DNA of 64,000 bases from Armatimonadia bacterium (GTDB lineage Bacteria > Armatimonadota > Zipacnadia > Zipacnadales > UBA11051), in assembly GCA_039683575.1 (NCBI GenBank), contig JBDKRC010000010.1, forward strand, positions 1 through 64,000, given 5' to 3'. The position numbers were made by a program, and so were the translations under genes. Below the pieces are notes generated by a model that saw only the letters and a list, made by a program, of their open reading frames with translations, was not told the DNA's origin and made no database searches. Numbering within the stretch: position 1 is the stretch's first letter; every line of letters begins with the position of its first letter. This document shows positions 48,019 to 56,309 of this stretch, piece after piece.

Positions 48019-51000
48019 ATGCCCGCGTTCATCACCGAGTCGGAAGTTGAGAGGTCCGCCCTCGGCTACCTGAGCGACCTCGGCTACGAGGTGCTGTACG
48101 GCCAAGACATCGACCCTGAGAAGCCGGCACAGGAGCGGCAAGATTTCGGTCAGGTCGTCCTGGCGTGGCGGCTCAGAAGCGCCCTGGGCAAGCTCAACCC
48201 ACAGGCCGACGGGGAAGCGCTCGACGACGCCATGCGCCAGATCCTGCGCGTCGACAGCCCGAGCCTGGTGGAGAACAACCACAGCTTCCATCGGATGGTC
48301 ACGGACGGGGTCTCAGTGCCCTGCCGCAAGGCCGACGGAACGCAGGGCTACCAGCAGCTCAGGCTGCTCGACCACGACGACCCGAAGGCCAACGACTTCC
48401 TGGCGGTCAACCAGTTCACCGTCTTGGAGGACAAGCACCATCGCCGTCCCGACATCGTGATCTTCCTCAACGGCCTTCCTGTGGCCGTCTTCGAGATGAA
48501 GAACCCCGCGGATGAGAAGGCGACGGCGAAGAGCGCCTTCAAGCAGCTACAGACCTACAAGAAGCAGATCCCCACCCTATTTCAGTTCAACGAGCTGCTG
48601 ATCGTCTCCGATGGCCTGACCACCAAGGTCGGCTCCCTGACCGCCAACTGGGAGTGGTTCCTGCCTTGGCGCACGGCTGACGGGGAGACAGTTGCGCCGA
48701 AGACGGAGCTGCAGCTAAGGACGCTGGTGCAGGGCGCCTTCGACAAGTCGCGCTTGCTGGACCTGATCCGGTACTTCGTGGTCTTCGACACCAGCGGAGC
48801 CGCGGCTGTGAAGAAGATCGCCGCCTATCACCAGTTTGGTGCGGTGAACAAGGCCGTCGAGTGCACGGTGAAGGCCTCCCGGCCCGAAGGTGATCGGCGA
48901 GCTGGCGTCGTGTGGCACACGCAGGGGAGTGGGAAGAGCCTGTCGATGGCCTTCTATGCCGGGAAGATGGTGCAGCATCCGGCGATGGAGAACCCGACGA
49001 TCGTGGTGCTGACCGACCGCAACGACCTGGACGACCAGCTGTTCGGCACCTTCTCGGCGTGTCAGGGGCTGTTGCGCCAGGCGCCAACACAGGCCCAGAG
49101 CCGCGACCACCTGCGGGAGTTGCTCAAGGTCGGCTCGGGCGGCGTAGTCTTCACAACTATCCAGAAGTTTTTCGCGGGGAAAGGGGAGCAGCACCCGCAG
49201 CTATCCGACCGGCGCAACATCGTGGTCATCGCGGACGAGGCACACCGCAGCCAGTACGACTTCATACGGGGCTTGGCAAAGCATATGCGCCAGGCTTTGC
49301 CGTATGCGTCATTCATCGGCTTCACAGGCACCCCCATTGAACTTGCTGACAAGAGTACCCCCGCAGTCTTTGGTAGCTACATCGACATCTATGACGTAGC
49401 CCGCGCTGTCGAAGATGGTGCGACGGTCCCCATCTACTACGAGGCCCGCCTGGCGAAGATCGAACTGCCTGAGAATGAGCGTCCCAAGGTCGACGAGGAC
49501 TTTGAGGAGGTTACCGAGGACCAAGAGGAGACCGAACGCGAGCGCCTGAAGACGAAGTGGAAGCAGCTGGAGGCGGTCGTTGGCACCGAGAAGCGCCTGC
49601 GCCTGATTGCCGCGGACATCGTAGAGCACTTCGAGAACCGGCTGGGGGCAATCGACGGCAAAGGGATGATCGTCTGCATGAGTCGGCGGATCTGCGTCGA
49701 CCTCTACAAGTACTTGGTCGAACTTCGCCCGGAGTGGGGATCCGAGGAGGACGAGGCGGGCACCCTCAAGGTCGTCATGACCGGCAACCCCTCGGAAGAG
49801 CTGGCGTGGCAGCAGCACATTCGGAACAAGCCGCGGCGTGAGGCTTTGGCGCGGCGCTTCAAGGACCCGAAGGACCCGTTCAAGCTGGTGATCGTGCGGG
49901 ACATGTGGCTCACGGGCTTTGACTGTCCGTCGCTGCACACGATGTATGTGGACAAGCCGATGCAGGGGCACGCGCTGATGCAGGCCATCGCTCGGGTTAA
50001 CCGGGTCTTCCGAGACAAACAAGGCGGGCTCGTGGTGGACTATCTGGGGCTGGCGGCGCAGTTGAAGAAGGCGCTGGCGGCCTACAGCGACAGTGACCGT
50101 CAGGAAGCTGGCGTGGACTTGGACCTCGCGGCGAGAGTGCTCCGGGAGAAGTACGAAGTGGTAGTGGACATGTGGCACGGCTTCGACTATTCGGACTGCC
50201 TCAGCGGGACGGGACAGATCAGGTTGGAGGCCCTGCCAGGGGCCTTGGAGCACATCCTGCAGCTGGAGGATGGGAAAAAGCGGTACTTGGAGGCGGTGAC
50301 GGCGCTGTCGCGGGCCTTCGCGCTGGCGGTGCCTCACGACTACGCCCTGTCCATTCGGGACGAGGTGGGGCTGTTTCAGGCCATTCGTGCGGGGCTGGCC
50401 AAGGGCGAAGATGACGAGAATGGCGACGGCGGGGAAAGGCAAGCCAGCCCTGAAGACGTGGAGTTAGCTGTTCGTCAGATCGTATCGCAGGCTGTATCCG
50501 CCGATCAGGTTGTGGACATCTTCTCCATCGCGGGGCTGGACAAGCCAGACATCTCCGTGCTCTCAGAGGAGTTCCTTGAAGAAGTCCGCGGCATTAAGCA
50601 GAAGAACCTGGCGGTCGAAGCCCTGCGGCGCCTGATTGAAGACACCATCAAGACGCGCGGGCGAACGAACGTGGTGGAGTCGCGGAAGTTCTCGGAGATC
50701 CTGGTGGACACGATCAAGCGCTACCAGAACCGGACGATCGAGGCCGCAGCGGTCATTGAGGCGCTGATCCAGCTCGCTAAAGACATGAGGGACGCCCAGA
50801 AGAGAGGGGAGAGCCTGGGGCTGAGCGAGGAGGAAGTCGCCTTCTACGACGCGCTGGAGACCAATGACAGCGCGGTGGCGGTGCTCGGTGACGATACCTT
50901 GCGCGCCATCGCTCGCGAGCTCGTGGAGGCCGTCAGGAAGAACGCGTCGATCGACTGGACGGTACGTGAGAGCACTCGCGCAAAGCTGCGGGTGATCGTG

Positions 51001-51105
51001 AGGCGGACGCTCAAGCGGTTTGGGTACCCGCCGGACAAGCAGGAGAAGGCGACGCAGACAGTGCTGGAGCAGGCGGAGCAGCTGTGCCGAGAGTGGGCGG
51101 GGTAG
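48019..51105 (+). CDS. hsdR: Type I R-M restriction subunit
   Basis: RPDIV...EMKN nuclease, [36 protein letters not shown]. Confidence 0.96.
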   Translation: MPAFITESEVERSALGYLSDLGYEVLYGQDIDPEKPAQERQDFGQVVLAWRLRSALGKLNPQADGEALDDAMRQILRVDSPSLVENNHSFHRMVTDGVSVPCRKADGTQGYQQLRLLDHDDPKANDFLAVNQFTVLEDKHHRRPDIVIFLNGLPVAVFEMKNPADEKATAKSAFKQLQTYKKQIPTLFQFNELLIVSDGLTTKVGSLTANWEWFLPWRTADGETVAPKTELQLRTLVQGAFDKSRLLDLIRYFVVFDTSGAAAVKKIAAYHQFGAVNKAVECTVKASRPEGDRRAGVVWHTQGSGKSLSMAFYAGKMVQHPAMENPTIVVLTDRNDLDDQLFGTFSACQGLLRQAPTQAQSRDHLRELLKVGSGGVVFTTIQKFFAGKGEQHPQLSDRRNIVVIADEAHRSQYDFIRGLAKHMRQALPYASFIGFTGTPIELADKSTPAVFGSYIDIYDVARAVEDGATVPIYYEARLAKIELPENERPKVDEDFEEVTEDQEETERERLKTKWKQLEAVVGTEKRLRLIAADIVEHFENRLGAIDGKGMIVCMSRRICVDLYKYLVELRPEWGSEEDEAGTLKVVMTGNPSEELAWQQHIRNKPRREALARRFKDPKDPFKLVIVRDMWLTGFDCPSLHTMYVDKPMQGHALMQAIARVNRVFRDKQGGLVVDYLGLAAQLKKALAAYSDSDRQEAGVDLDLAARVLREKYEVVVDMWHGFDYSDCLSGTGQIRLEALPGALEHILQLEDGKKRYLEAVTALSRAFALAVPHDYALSIRDEVGLFQAIRAGLAKGEDDENGDGGERQASPEDVELAVRQIVSQAVSADQVVDIFSIAGLDKPDISVLSEEFLEEVRGIKQKNLAVEALRRLIEDTIKTRGRTNVVESRKFSEILVDTIKRYQNRTIEAAAVIEALIQLAKDMRDAQKRGESLGLSEEEVAFYDALETNDSAVAVLGDDTLRAIARELVEAVRKNASIDWTVRESTRAKLRVIVRRTLKRFGYPPDKQEKATQTVLEQAEQLCREWAG

Positions 51106-51165
51106 GCCGGAGTTCGCAGGATGAAGGCGGACGCGGGCGCGAGACTACACGGGAGGTCGAGACGG

Positions 51166-51642
51166 ATGTCAGACTGCGAGAGCTACATGCTGTACTGGAG
51201 AAATGACTGGCTCGAACAGCTGCCCGAAGAACCATTGAACCATCTCGCCAGCAACCAGCTGAGCCCGAAGGAGGTCCATACGGGCGACGTCATCTGGGCA
51301 GTCACGGTCGATCAGGCCAGGCTCTATCTGTTGGGCAGGCTAATGGTTGCGGAGCTGATCGTGGGACAGAGAGCTGCGGAGAAGCGTCTGGGTACCACTG
51401 ACCTCTGGGAGGCCAAGTACCACGTGATCGCCACGAGAGAGAGCCGTGTTCGATGGCAGCCTCTCGACATCACCCAACTGGCCCCCGAACTGCGCTTCAA
51501 GAGCAATAAGTCGCCTCGCCTGACTATCGTTGAGGGTGAGGTGGTTTGGCATCAGCTGCAGGCCATGCGCACCCTAACTCTGGAGACTTCACGGCGGCTT
51601 GAGCTGGCCTGGGCGGCAAGGCCGCGAGCGCAGGGCAAGTAG
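51166..51642 (+). CDS. Hypothetical protein, putative PUA/EVE-like domain without a nuclease
   Basis: GGAGG RBS; VHTGDVIWAVTV...LYLLGRLMV beta pattern reminiscent of PUA-superfamily domains; fold is inferred. Confidence 0.6.
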   Translation: MSDCESYMLYWRNDWLEQLPEEPLNHLASNQLSPKEVHTGDVIWAVTVDQARLYLLGRLMVAELIVGQRAAEKRLGTTDLWEAKYHVIATRESRVRWQPLDITQLAPELRFKSNKSPRLTIVEGEVVWHQLQAMRTLTLETSRRLELAWAARPRAQGK

Positions 51643-51715
51643 CCTCCCGGTCGCGAAGCCGATAGACGACCGACACGGACACGCACTCTGACAGGGATTG
51701 CCGGGGAGGCACACG

Positions 51716-52162
51716 ATGCGCGTCTACGGGAGCATACAGGGAGTTGATCCGGGCACGTGGTTTGAGGACCGACGGGCGCTACATGAGGCCGGCGTCCACC
51801 GGCCCCTTCAGGCGGGCATCTGTGGCTCCGCCGCAGAGGGCGCGGAGTCGATCGTGATGTCTGGGGGATACGAAGATGACGAAGACCATGGGGACGTCAT
51901 CATCTACACGGGGCATGGCGGCAACGACACCGAGACCGGCCAGCAGATAGCCGATCAGGAGCTCACCCGGCAGAACCTGGCCCTCGCCCGGAACGCGATG
52001 GATGGCACCCCTGTCAGGGTCATAAGAGGGTCAGGACACAACTCCCTGTTCGCACCTGCCAGAGGCTACCGCTATGATGGTTTGTTCGAGGTGCAGGAGT
52101 ACTGGCAGGAGAGAGGCAGGTCCGGCTTCATGGTCTGGCGCTACAGGTTGGTCAAGCGATGA
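51716..52162 (+). CDS. SRA/YDG domain protein (5mC reader), no HNH domain
   Basis: GVHRPLQAGICG, SIVMSGGYEDDED, IYTGHGG, PVRVIRG, YRYDGLF. Confidence 0.9.
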   Translation: MRVYGSIQGVDPGTWFEDRRALHEAGVHRPLQAGICGSAAEGAESIVMSGGYEDDEDHGDVIIYTGHGGNDTETGQQIADQELTRQNLALARNAMDGTPVRVIRGSGHNSLFAPARGYRYDGLFEVQEYWQERGRSGFMVWRYRLVKR

Positions 52163-52418
52163 CAAGGCTCACTAGTACACGCCTGACTTCCTGGTGAAGC
52201 TGGCGAATAGCCTGACGCTGATCGTGGAGATCAAGGGCTACGAGACCGAGCAGGATCGCCAGAAGCACACGGCGGCGGGTCGGTGGGTGGCAGCCGTCAA
52301 CAACGCCGGGCGCTGGGGTAGGTGGGCGTTTGTCGTCTGCAAGGAGACTGCTGCCTTGCCGAAGGTGCTGGAAAAGTACTACACCGGCTCTGGACGCGAC
52401 CACAGTGTCGCGCGGTAG
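52158..52418 (+). pseudogene. C-terminal remnant of a type III restriction (Res-like) endonuclease
   Basis: One frame reads DDKAH*YTPDFLVKL...IVEIKG...WVAAVNNAGRWGRWAF (PD-ExK motif); in-frame TAG at 52173; no helicase part. Confidence 0.75.
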
Positions 52419-52462
52419 GACAAGAGCCGCTGCCGCCACCGAGCCGCGTGGAGAGTGTGTCC

Positions 52463-55400
52463 ATGACAATTCCGGGATTCTCAGAGCAGTCTTTGGCGAA
52501 GGAGTGGCTGGAGCGTGGCGTGGACGAAGCCTTCCAGGAGCTGGCTGCCTCCCTGCTCAGGGAGGACTTCCCCAGTCTACATGCATATCCCGCTGGCGGA
52601 AAGGACGGCGGCATTGATCTCTGCGGCGTCTTCGACAATGGTGGACAGGTCTTTGTGCAGTGCAAGCATCTTGGCGAGAACGGGGCAAAGGCAGCGCTGG
52701 CGGCATGGGGCAAGGATGCTGAGCGTCTGGGCACCCATATTGCAGACCCGGATGGCCCGACCAAAGGACAGGCACAATACGGGCCGTGGTATGACACCAA
52801 GAACCCCGTCAGGCAATACCGCCTCTGCGTCAGTTCCATAGCGAAGAACAGGGACCAGACAGACGAGATCAGGGACACGATTGAGGCGTTCTTCGTCAAC
52901 CTGGCGACCGAGCACCCTCATCTTGCGCATCTGGGCGCCGTTGAGGTCGTGGTAGACGATTGGGCCGACCTCACGGCCCGCCTTGAACGCCGCCCTGACC
53001 TGCTCTTCCGCTTCTTCCCTGAGACACGTCCGCGCAGCCTCGTGCCGATAGAGGCACACAAGACCGTGGGGACCTTCCGCTCCTATCTTGAGGACGCGAA
53101 GCTACCCTACTACAGCCGATCCGCCCATGCGCGGGCCTATCCGCCGCCCCAGGGGATCACGATCCCGCAGGAGCGAGCACTCATCGACCGTCTCGCATCC
53201 GATGACCTCACGGGGCTGATCGTGACAGGGGCTGGCGGGATCGGCAAGACCCGTCTCGCGCTTGAACTCGCCCTCCAGGCGCACGGGGAGGGCTGGCTGG
53301 TCCTATTCGCTCCCCACCAACTGCGCTATGAAGACATAACGTACCTCGGCGAAACCCCCCTTGTCGGAACTCGCGTGCTTGTCTTGCTCGATTACGTGGA
53401 GACGCAATCCGAGTTTGCGCAGTGCGTCCAGCGGATGAGTGAGCTCAACGACGCCCTTGAGTTCCAACTGCGCTTTGTTGCCAGCTGTCGCAAGACCTAC
53501 TACTCCAAGATCCAGAGCCTCGACGGACAGCTGGAAGTCCCGCTTTCTCCTGTGGGCTCGCCTGGGTGGGCGGCCTGGGAGGAGGATTACCAGCATCACG
53601 CTGTTCGGCACATCCTGACTGCGACTGGCGTTCCACTCGGCGATCATGAGTTGCGGCTGTGCCGCGATGTGCCTATCCTGGCTGTGTTCCTGGCCTATTT
53701 GCTTAAGAGCAAGCGAACGGAGGCCTTTCAGCAGCTGTTGGCGGAGGAGGACTTCGGCAGATGGGTTCTCCGCCGCCTCGAAATGACATTCCCCGGACGG
53801 CGTCTTGAGAGAGAGCTTGCGCTGCTGCTGCCTCAGTTTCCACTCTCAGACTCTATTGGGATGAGGCTGAGCGCAGACCAACGTGACGTGCTGGACCACC
53901 TCGCCACGGACGGCTGGGTGGAGAAGATGACTGCTGGGGATGCCGCGGCGGCGGACGTGTGGGAGGTGGCGCACGACGTACTGGCGGACCAGGCCGTACT
54001 CAGCTACATCAGCGGCATACCGCACACACTGGAGGAATGGGTGCGGGATGTCCTCCAGACCGCTGAGAGCTTGGGGACGCTACCTTCTGCTCTCGTGTCG
54101 TTGCAGCGCATTGCGTCACTGCTTCCTGGACCGGTCAGGTGGTCTGCGCTGATCGAGGAGAGAATCTCGCGTGCCTTCGAGCAATGGCAGACGGTGCGCA
54201 ACCTGCTCACATGGACCTCACTGCTCTCCGTGGGTGAGGCCCTGTCACTTCTCGACAAGTTCCCTCGCCTGTGGGAAGGGGCGGAAGCCGATACTGATTT
54301 CCAGAACCGTCTGGGATGGTTCGCTCGGATCGCCACGCGCGACGATCCGGATGTAGTGACCGAGGAGCAGCAGGCAGTCCTCAAGGCTTGGATCGCCCGT
54401 GCGGCCCCCTACTGCACTGCCTGCAACTTCATGCTCAACTGGGGGTTGCGACTGGCCCCTCAGGAGTTGCGTCCGTGGGTTCTCGATGCAATAACCAAGC
54501 ATCCCGACCAACACCAGACCCACTTCCCCATCGCGACGTGGCTGAGGACAGAGCTTCCGCCGGAGGAGATCCAAGGTGCTGTCTCAGCCTGGCTGGGCAG
54601 CTTCGCGACGGCAAATCGGGCTTCGTTCGTCTACGCGGGCTGGCTGAACGCCGGAGGGGACAAGGTCGCCGTCCAGAAGCACATGGAGAAGTGGCTGGCA
54701 GAGCACGAGACGGCGCTGGGGGCTTCGTTCGTCTACCAGGGCTGGCTGGACGCCGGAGGGGACACGGCGTTCGTCCAGGAGCACATCGAGCAGTGGCTGC
54801 CGCTGCATCAGAGGGCGCTGGAGGAAGCGTCGTTCGTCTACAAGGCCTGGCTGGAGGCCACGGAGGACACGGTCTTCGTCCGGGATCACATTGAGATGTG
54901 GCTGGGGGAGCACGAGACGGCGCTGGAGGCGCGGTTTGTCTATAGGGCCTGGCTAAATAGTGGAGGCGATCCCAACTTGGTGCGAGATTCGGTGAGGGCA
55001 TGGCTGCGCGCGCACGGGCTCGAACTCGAAGCTGACTACGTGCTGAGTTCTTGGGCACGCCGCCTGGGCGAATGGGCAGAGCTGAAGGAGTTTGCCATCG
55101 TTTGGCTGGCGAGGCACAAGACTGAGGCAGTAGCCTCATACGTCGTGAAGTACCTCGCACGGGAAGACGAGCTTCCCGAACAGTGCGTCAGAGACATTCT
55201 GGAGTGGTGCCGCATCTTCGCTGACCAAGAAGATGTCATAACCCGTTTCACCCGCCTCAGGAAGCATCTCTGGCGCCCGGAGTTGGCGGATGATGTCGTA
55301 ACTACTGCTGAGACGCTACTCGGAGCGATCATTGACAGGAGCGAGGTACCCGCCGCTCTTGACAACGAACAAGCGATGGCGGCGCTGAATTGGTTGATTG

Positions 55401-55777
55401 GGAATAGAGCACTCCGGAATGGTCCTCTCGCCCATCGGGTCGACGCACTCCTGGTCCGCTGGCTTCGTTTCCCGCACTCATACGGGCCGGTGGTCGCCAC
55501 TGCCTTCCTGCAGCATCATAGCACGGTGCGACGCGTGTGCAACGCAATTGGGAGAGGCGAACTGAACGTTGTAGCTGATCGCGGGGCGCTGGAGCGCTTT
55601 CTGCAATGGGTCAACGGATGGACACCGAAGAACAGGGTCGGGATAGTCCAGACGTTGGACTACGCAAGGCGCCACTACCCGGCAGAGGGCCTGTGGGAGA
55701 TCGTGCAGGTGCCGCACCTTGAGCGTTCGGATGACGCGTCTTCTCCCGAAGACGCTGCACAGGAGGAGACAGGCTGA
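52463..55777 (+). CDS. REase-like nuclease + P-loop (STAND-like) NTPase + 34-aa repeat protein; putative antiviral NLR-like protein
   Basis: DGGIDL...VQCK Mrr-like motif; Walker A GAGGIGKT; Walker B LVLLDYVE; C-terminal ASFVYxxWL repeats. Confidence 0.8.
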   Translation: MTIPGFSEQSLAKEWLERGVDEAFQELAASLLREDFPSLHAYPAGGKDGGIDLCGVFDNGGQVFVQCKHLGENGAKAALAAWGKDAERLGTHIADPDGPTKGQAQYGPWYDTKNPVRQYRLCVSSIAKNRDQTDEIRDTIEAFFVNLATEHPHLAHLGAVEVVVDDWADLTARLERRPDLLFRFFPETRPRSLVPIEAHKTVGTFRSYLEDAKLPYYSRSAHARAYPPPQGITIPQERALIDRLASDDLTGLIVTGAGGIGKTRLALELALQAHGEGWLVLFAPHQLRYEDITYLGETPLVGTRVLVLLDYVETQSEFAQCVQRMSELNDALEFQLRFVASCRKTYYSKIQSLDGQLEVPLSPVGSPGWAAWEEDYQHHAVRHILTATGVPLGDHELRLCRDVPILAVFLAYLLKSKRTEAFQQLLAEEDFGRWVLRRLEMTFPGRRLERELALLLPQFPLSDSIGMRLSADQRDVLDHLATDGWVEKMTAGDAAAADVWEVAHDVLADQAVLSYISGIPHTLEEWVRDVLQTAESLGTLPSALVSLQRIASLLPGPVRWSALIEERISRAFEQWQTVRNLLTWTSLLSVGEALSLLDKFPRLWEGAEADTDFQNRLGWFARIATRDDPDVVTEEQQAVLKAWIARAAPYCTACNFMLNWGLRLAPQELRPWVLDAITKHPDQHQTHFPIATWLRTELPPEEIQGAVSAWLGSFATANRASFVYAGWLNAGGDKVAVQKHMEKWLAEHETALGASFVYQGWLDAGGDTAFVQEHIEQWLPLHQRALEEASFVYKAWLEATEDTVFVRDHIEMWLGEHETALEARFVYRAWLNSGGDPNLVRDSVRAWLRAHGLELEADYVLSSWARRLGEWAELKEFAIVWLARHKTEAVASYVVKYLAREDELPEQCVRDILEWCRIFADQEDVITRFTRLRKHLWRPELADDVVTTAETLLGAIIDRSEVPAALDNEQAMAALNWLIGNRALRNGPLAHRVDALLVRWLRFPHSYGPVVATAFLQHHSTVRRVCNAIGRGELNVVADRGALERFLQWVNGWTPKNRVGIVQTLDYARRHYPAEGLWEIVQVPHLERSDDASSPEDAAQEETG
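54518..55234 (+). repeat. Intragenic tandem repeat, 102-105 bp period
   Basis: Unit starts at 54620, 54722, 54827, 54929, 55031 and 55133, with a degenerate unit at 54518. Confidence 0.85.
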
Positions 55778-55898
55778 GCGCGGCGCCTGCTTCAGTCGCC
55801 CAGCCTATACTGCCTCTGCCATCTCCCGGCACTCCTCGCTGCTCATCCAGTTGCGAAGGTCGTGCAATAGGGGGAGCCAAAGTGGACAGCCAGACACC

Positions 55899-56050
55899 TT
55901 AGGCGATACGCTCCGCAGCCTCTCTCAGTTCCTGGCTGCGGAAGAAGTTCATAAAGTCGTCGCGTAAGCCCCGCCACACGCTACTCAGAGGCCCTTCCGT
56001 TAACCAACGGAAGGGCTTTTTGTATGTGGCTGTTAGGCTCACGCCATCGA
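55899..56050 (-). other. attR: detached integrase C-terminal extension plus an integrase-like remnant
   Basis: Minus strand reads DGVSLTATYKKPFRWLTEGPLSSVWRG-LRDDFMNFFRSQELREAAERIA*; the integrase ends DGVSLTATYKKPFCWLAEGPVRSIWRG*. Confidence 0.85.
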
Positions 56051-56309
56051 GGGAGCATCCCACGGCAGCGGAATGGGGATGTGCAGGGGAAGCAGGAGCA
56101 CGGCGGGGCAGGAGCGAAGGGTGGTCGTCAAGGTGGAAGGCCATCCCAACGGTGAGGAGATCGGGTTGGATGGTGGGTTTGCCTTACCACCCGAACTTGA
56201 TCCTGCCATGGCCGGAACCCCCTACAGCCACAGGCGTTACTAGTTTGATAGGCACAACAGCCCTGCGCTTGCAGGGAATACGACATCCAGAAGAAGGAGC
56301 GCGGCGATC

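Larger units (their letters stand above)
35027..55976. mobile_element. Integrative element/genomic island at tRNA-Asp (about 20.9 kb), satellite-like, with defence cargo
   Basis: AGCCCCGCCA (tRNA 3' end) repeated at 35027 and 55967 and extending into an 84-bp imperfect direct repeat; recombinases, primase-helicase, HTH and R-M genes lie between. Confidence 0.9.

Noticed and set aside
46120-48291. 723-aa minus-strand ORF
   Set aside because: Antisense shadow of hsdS/GmrSD/hsdR with no motifs; typical of high-GC codon bias
35027-55976. Intact prophage or ICE
   Set aside because: No capsid, portal, large terminase, tail, lysis, relaxase or T4SS genes recognised
55899-56144. 81-aa ORF as an independent gene
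   Set aside because: A composite of non-coding sequence, the integrase-like scar and the attP-side extension; better explained as attR
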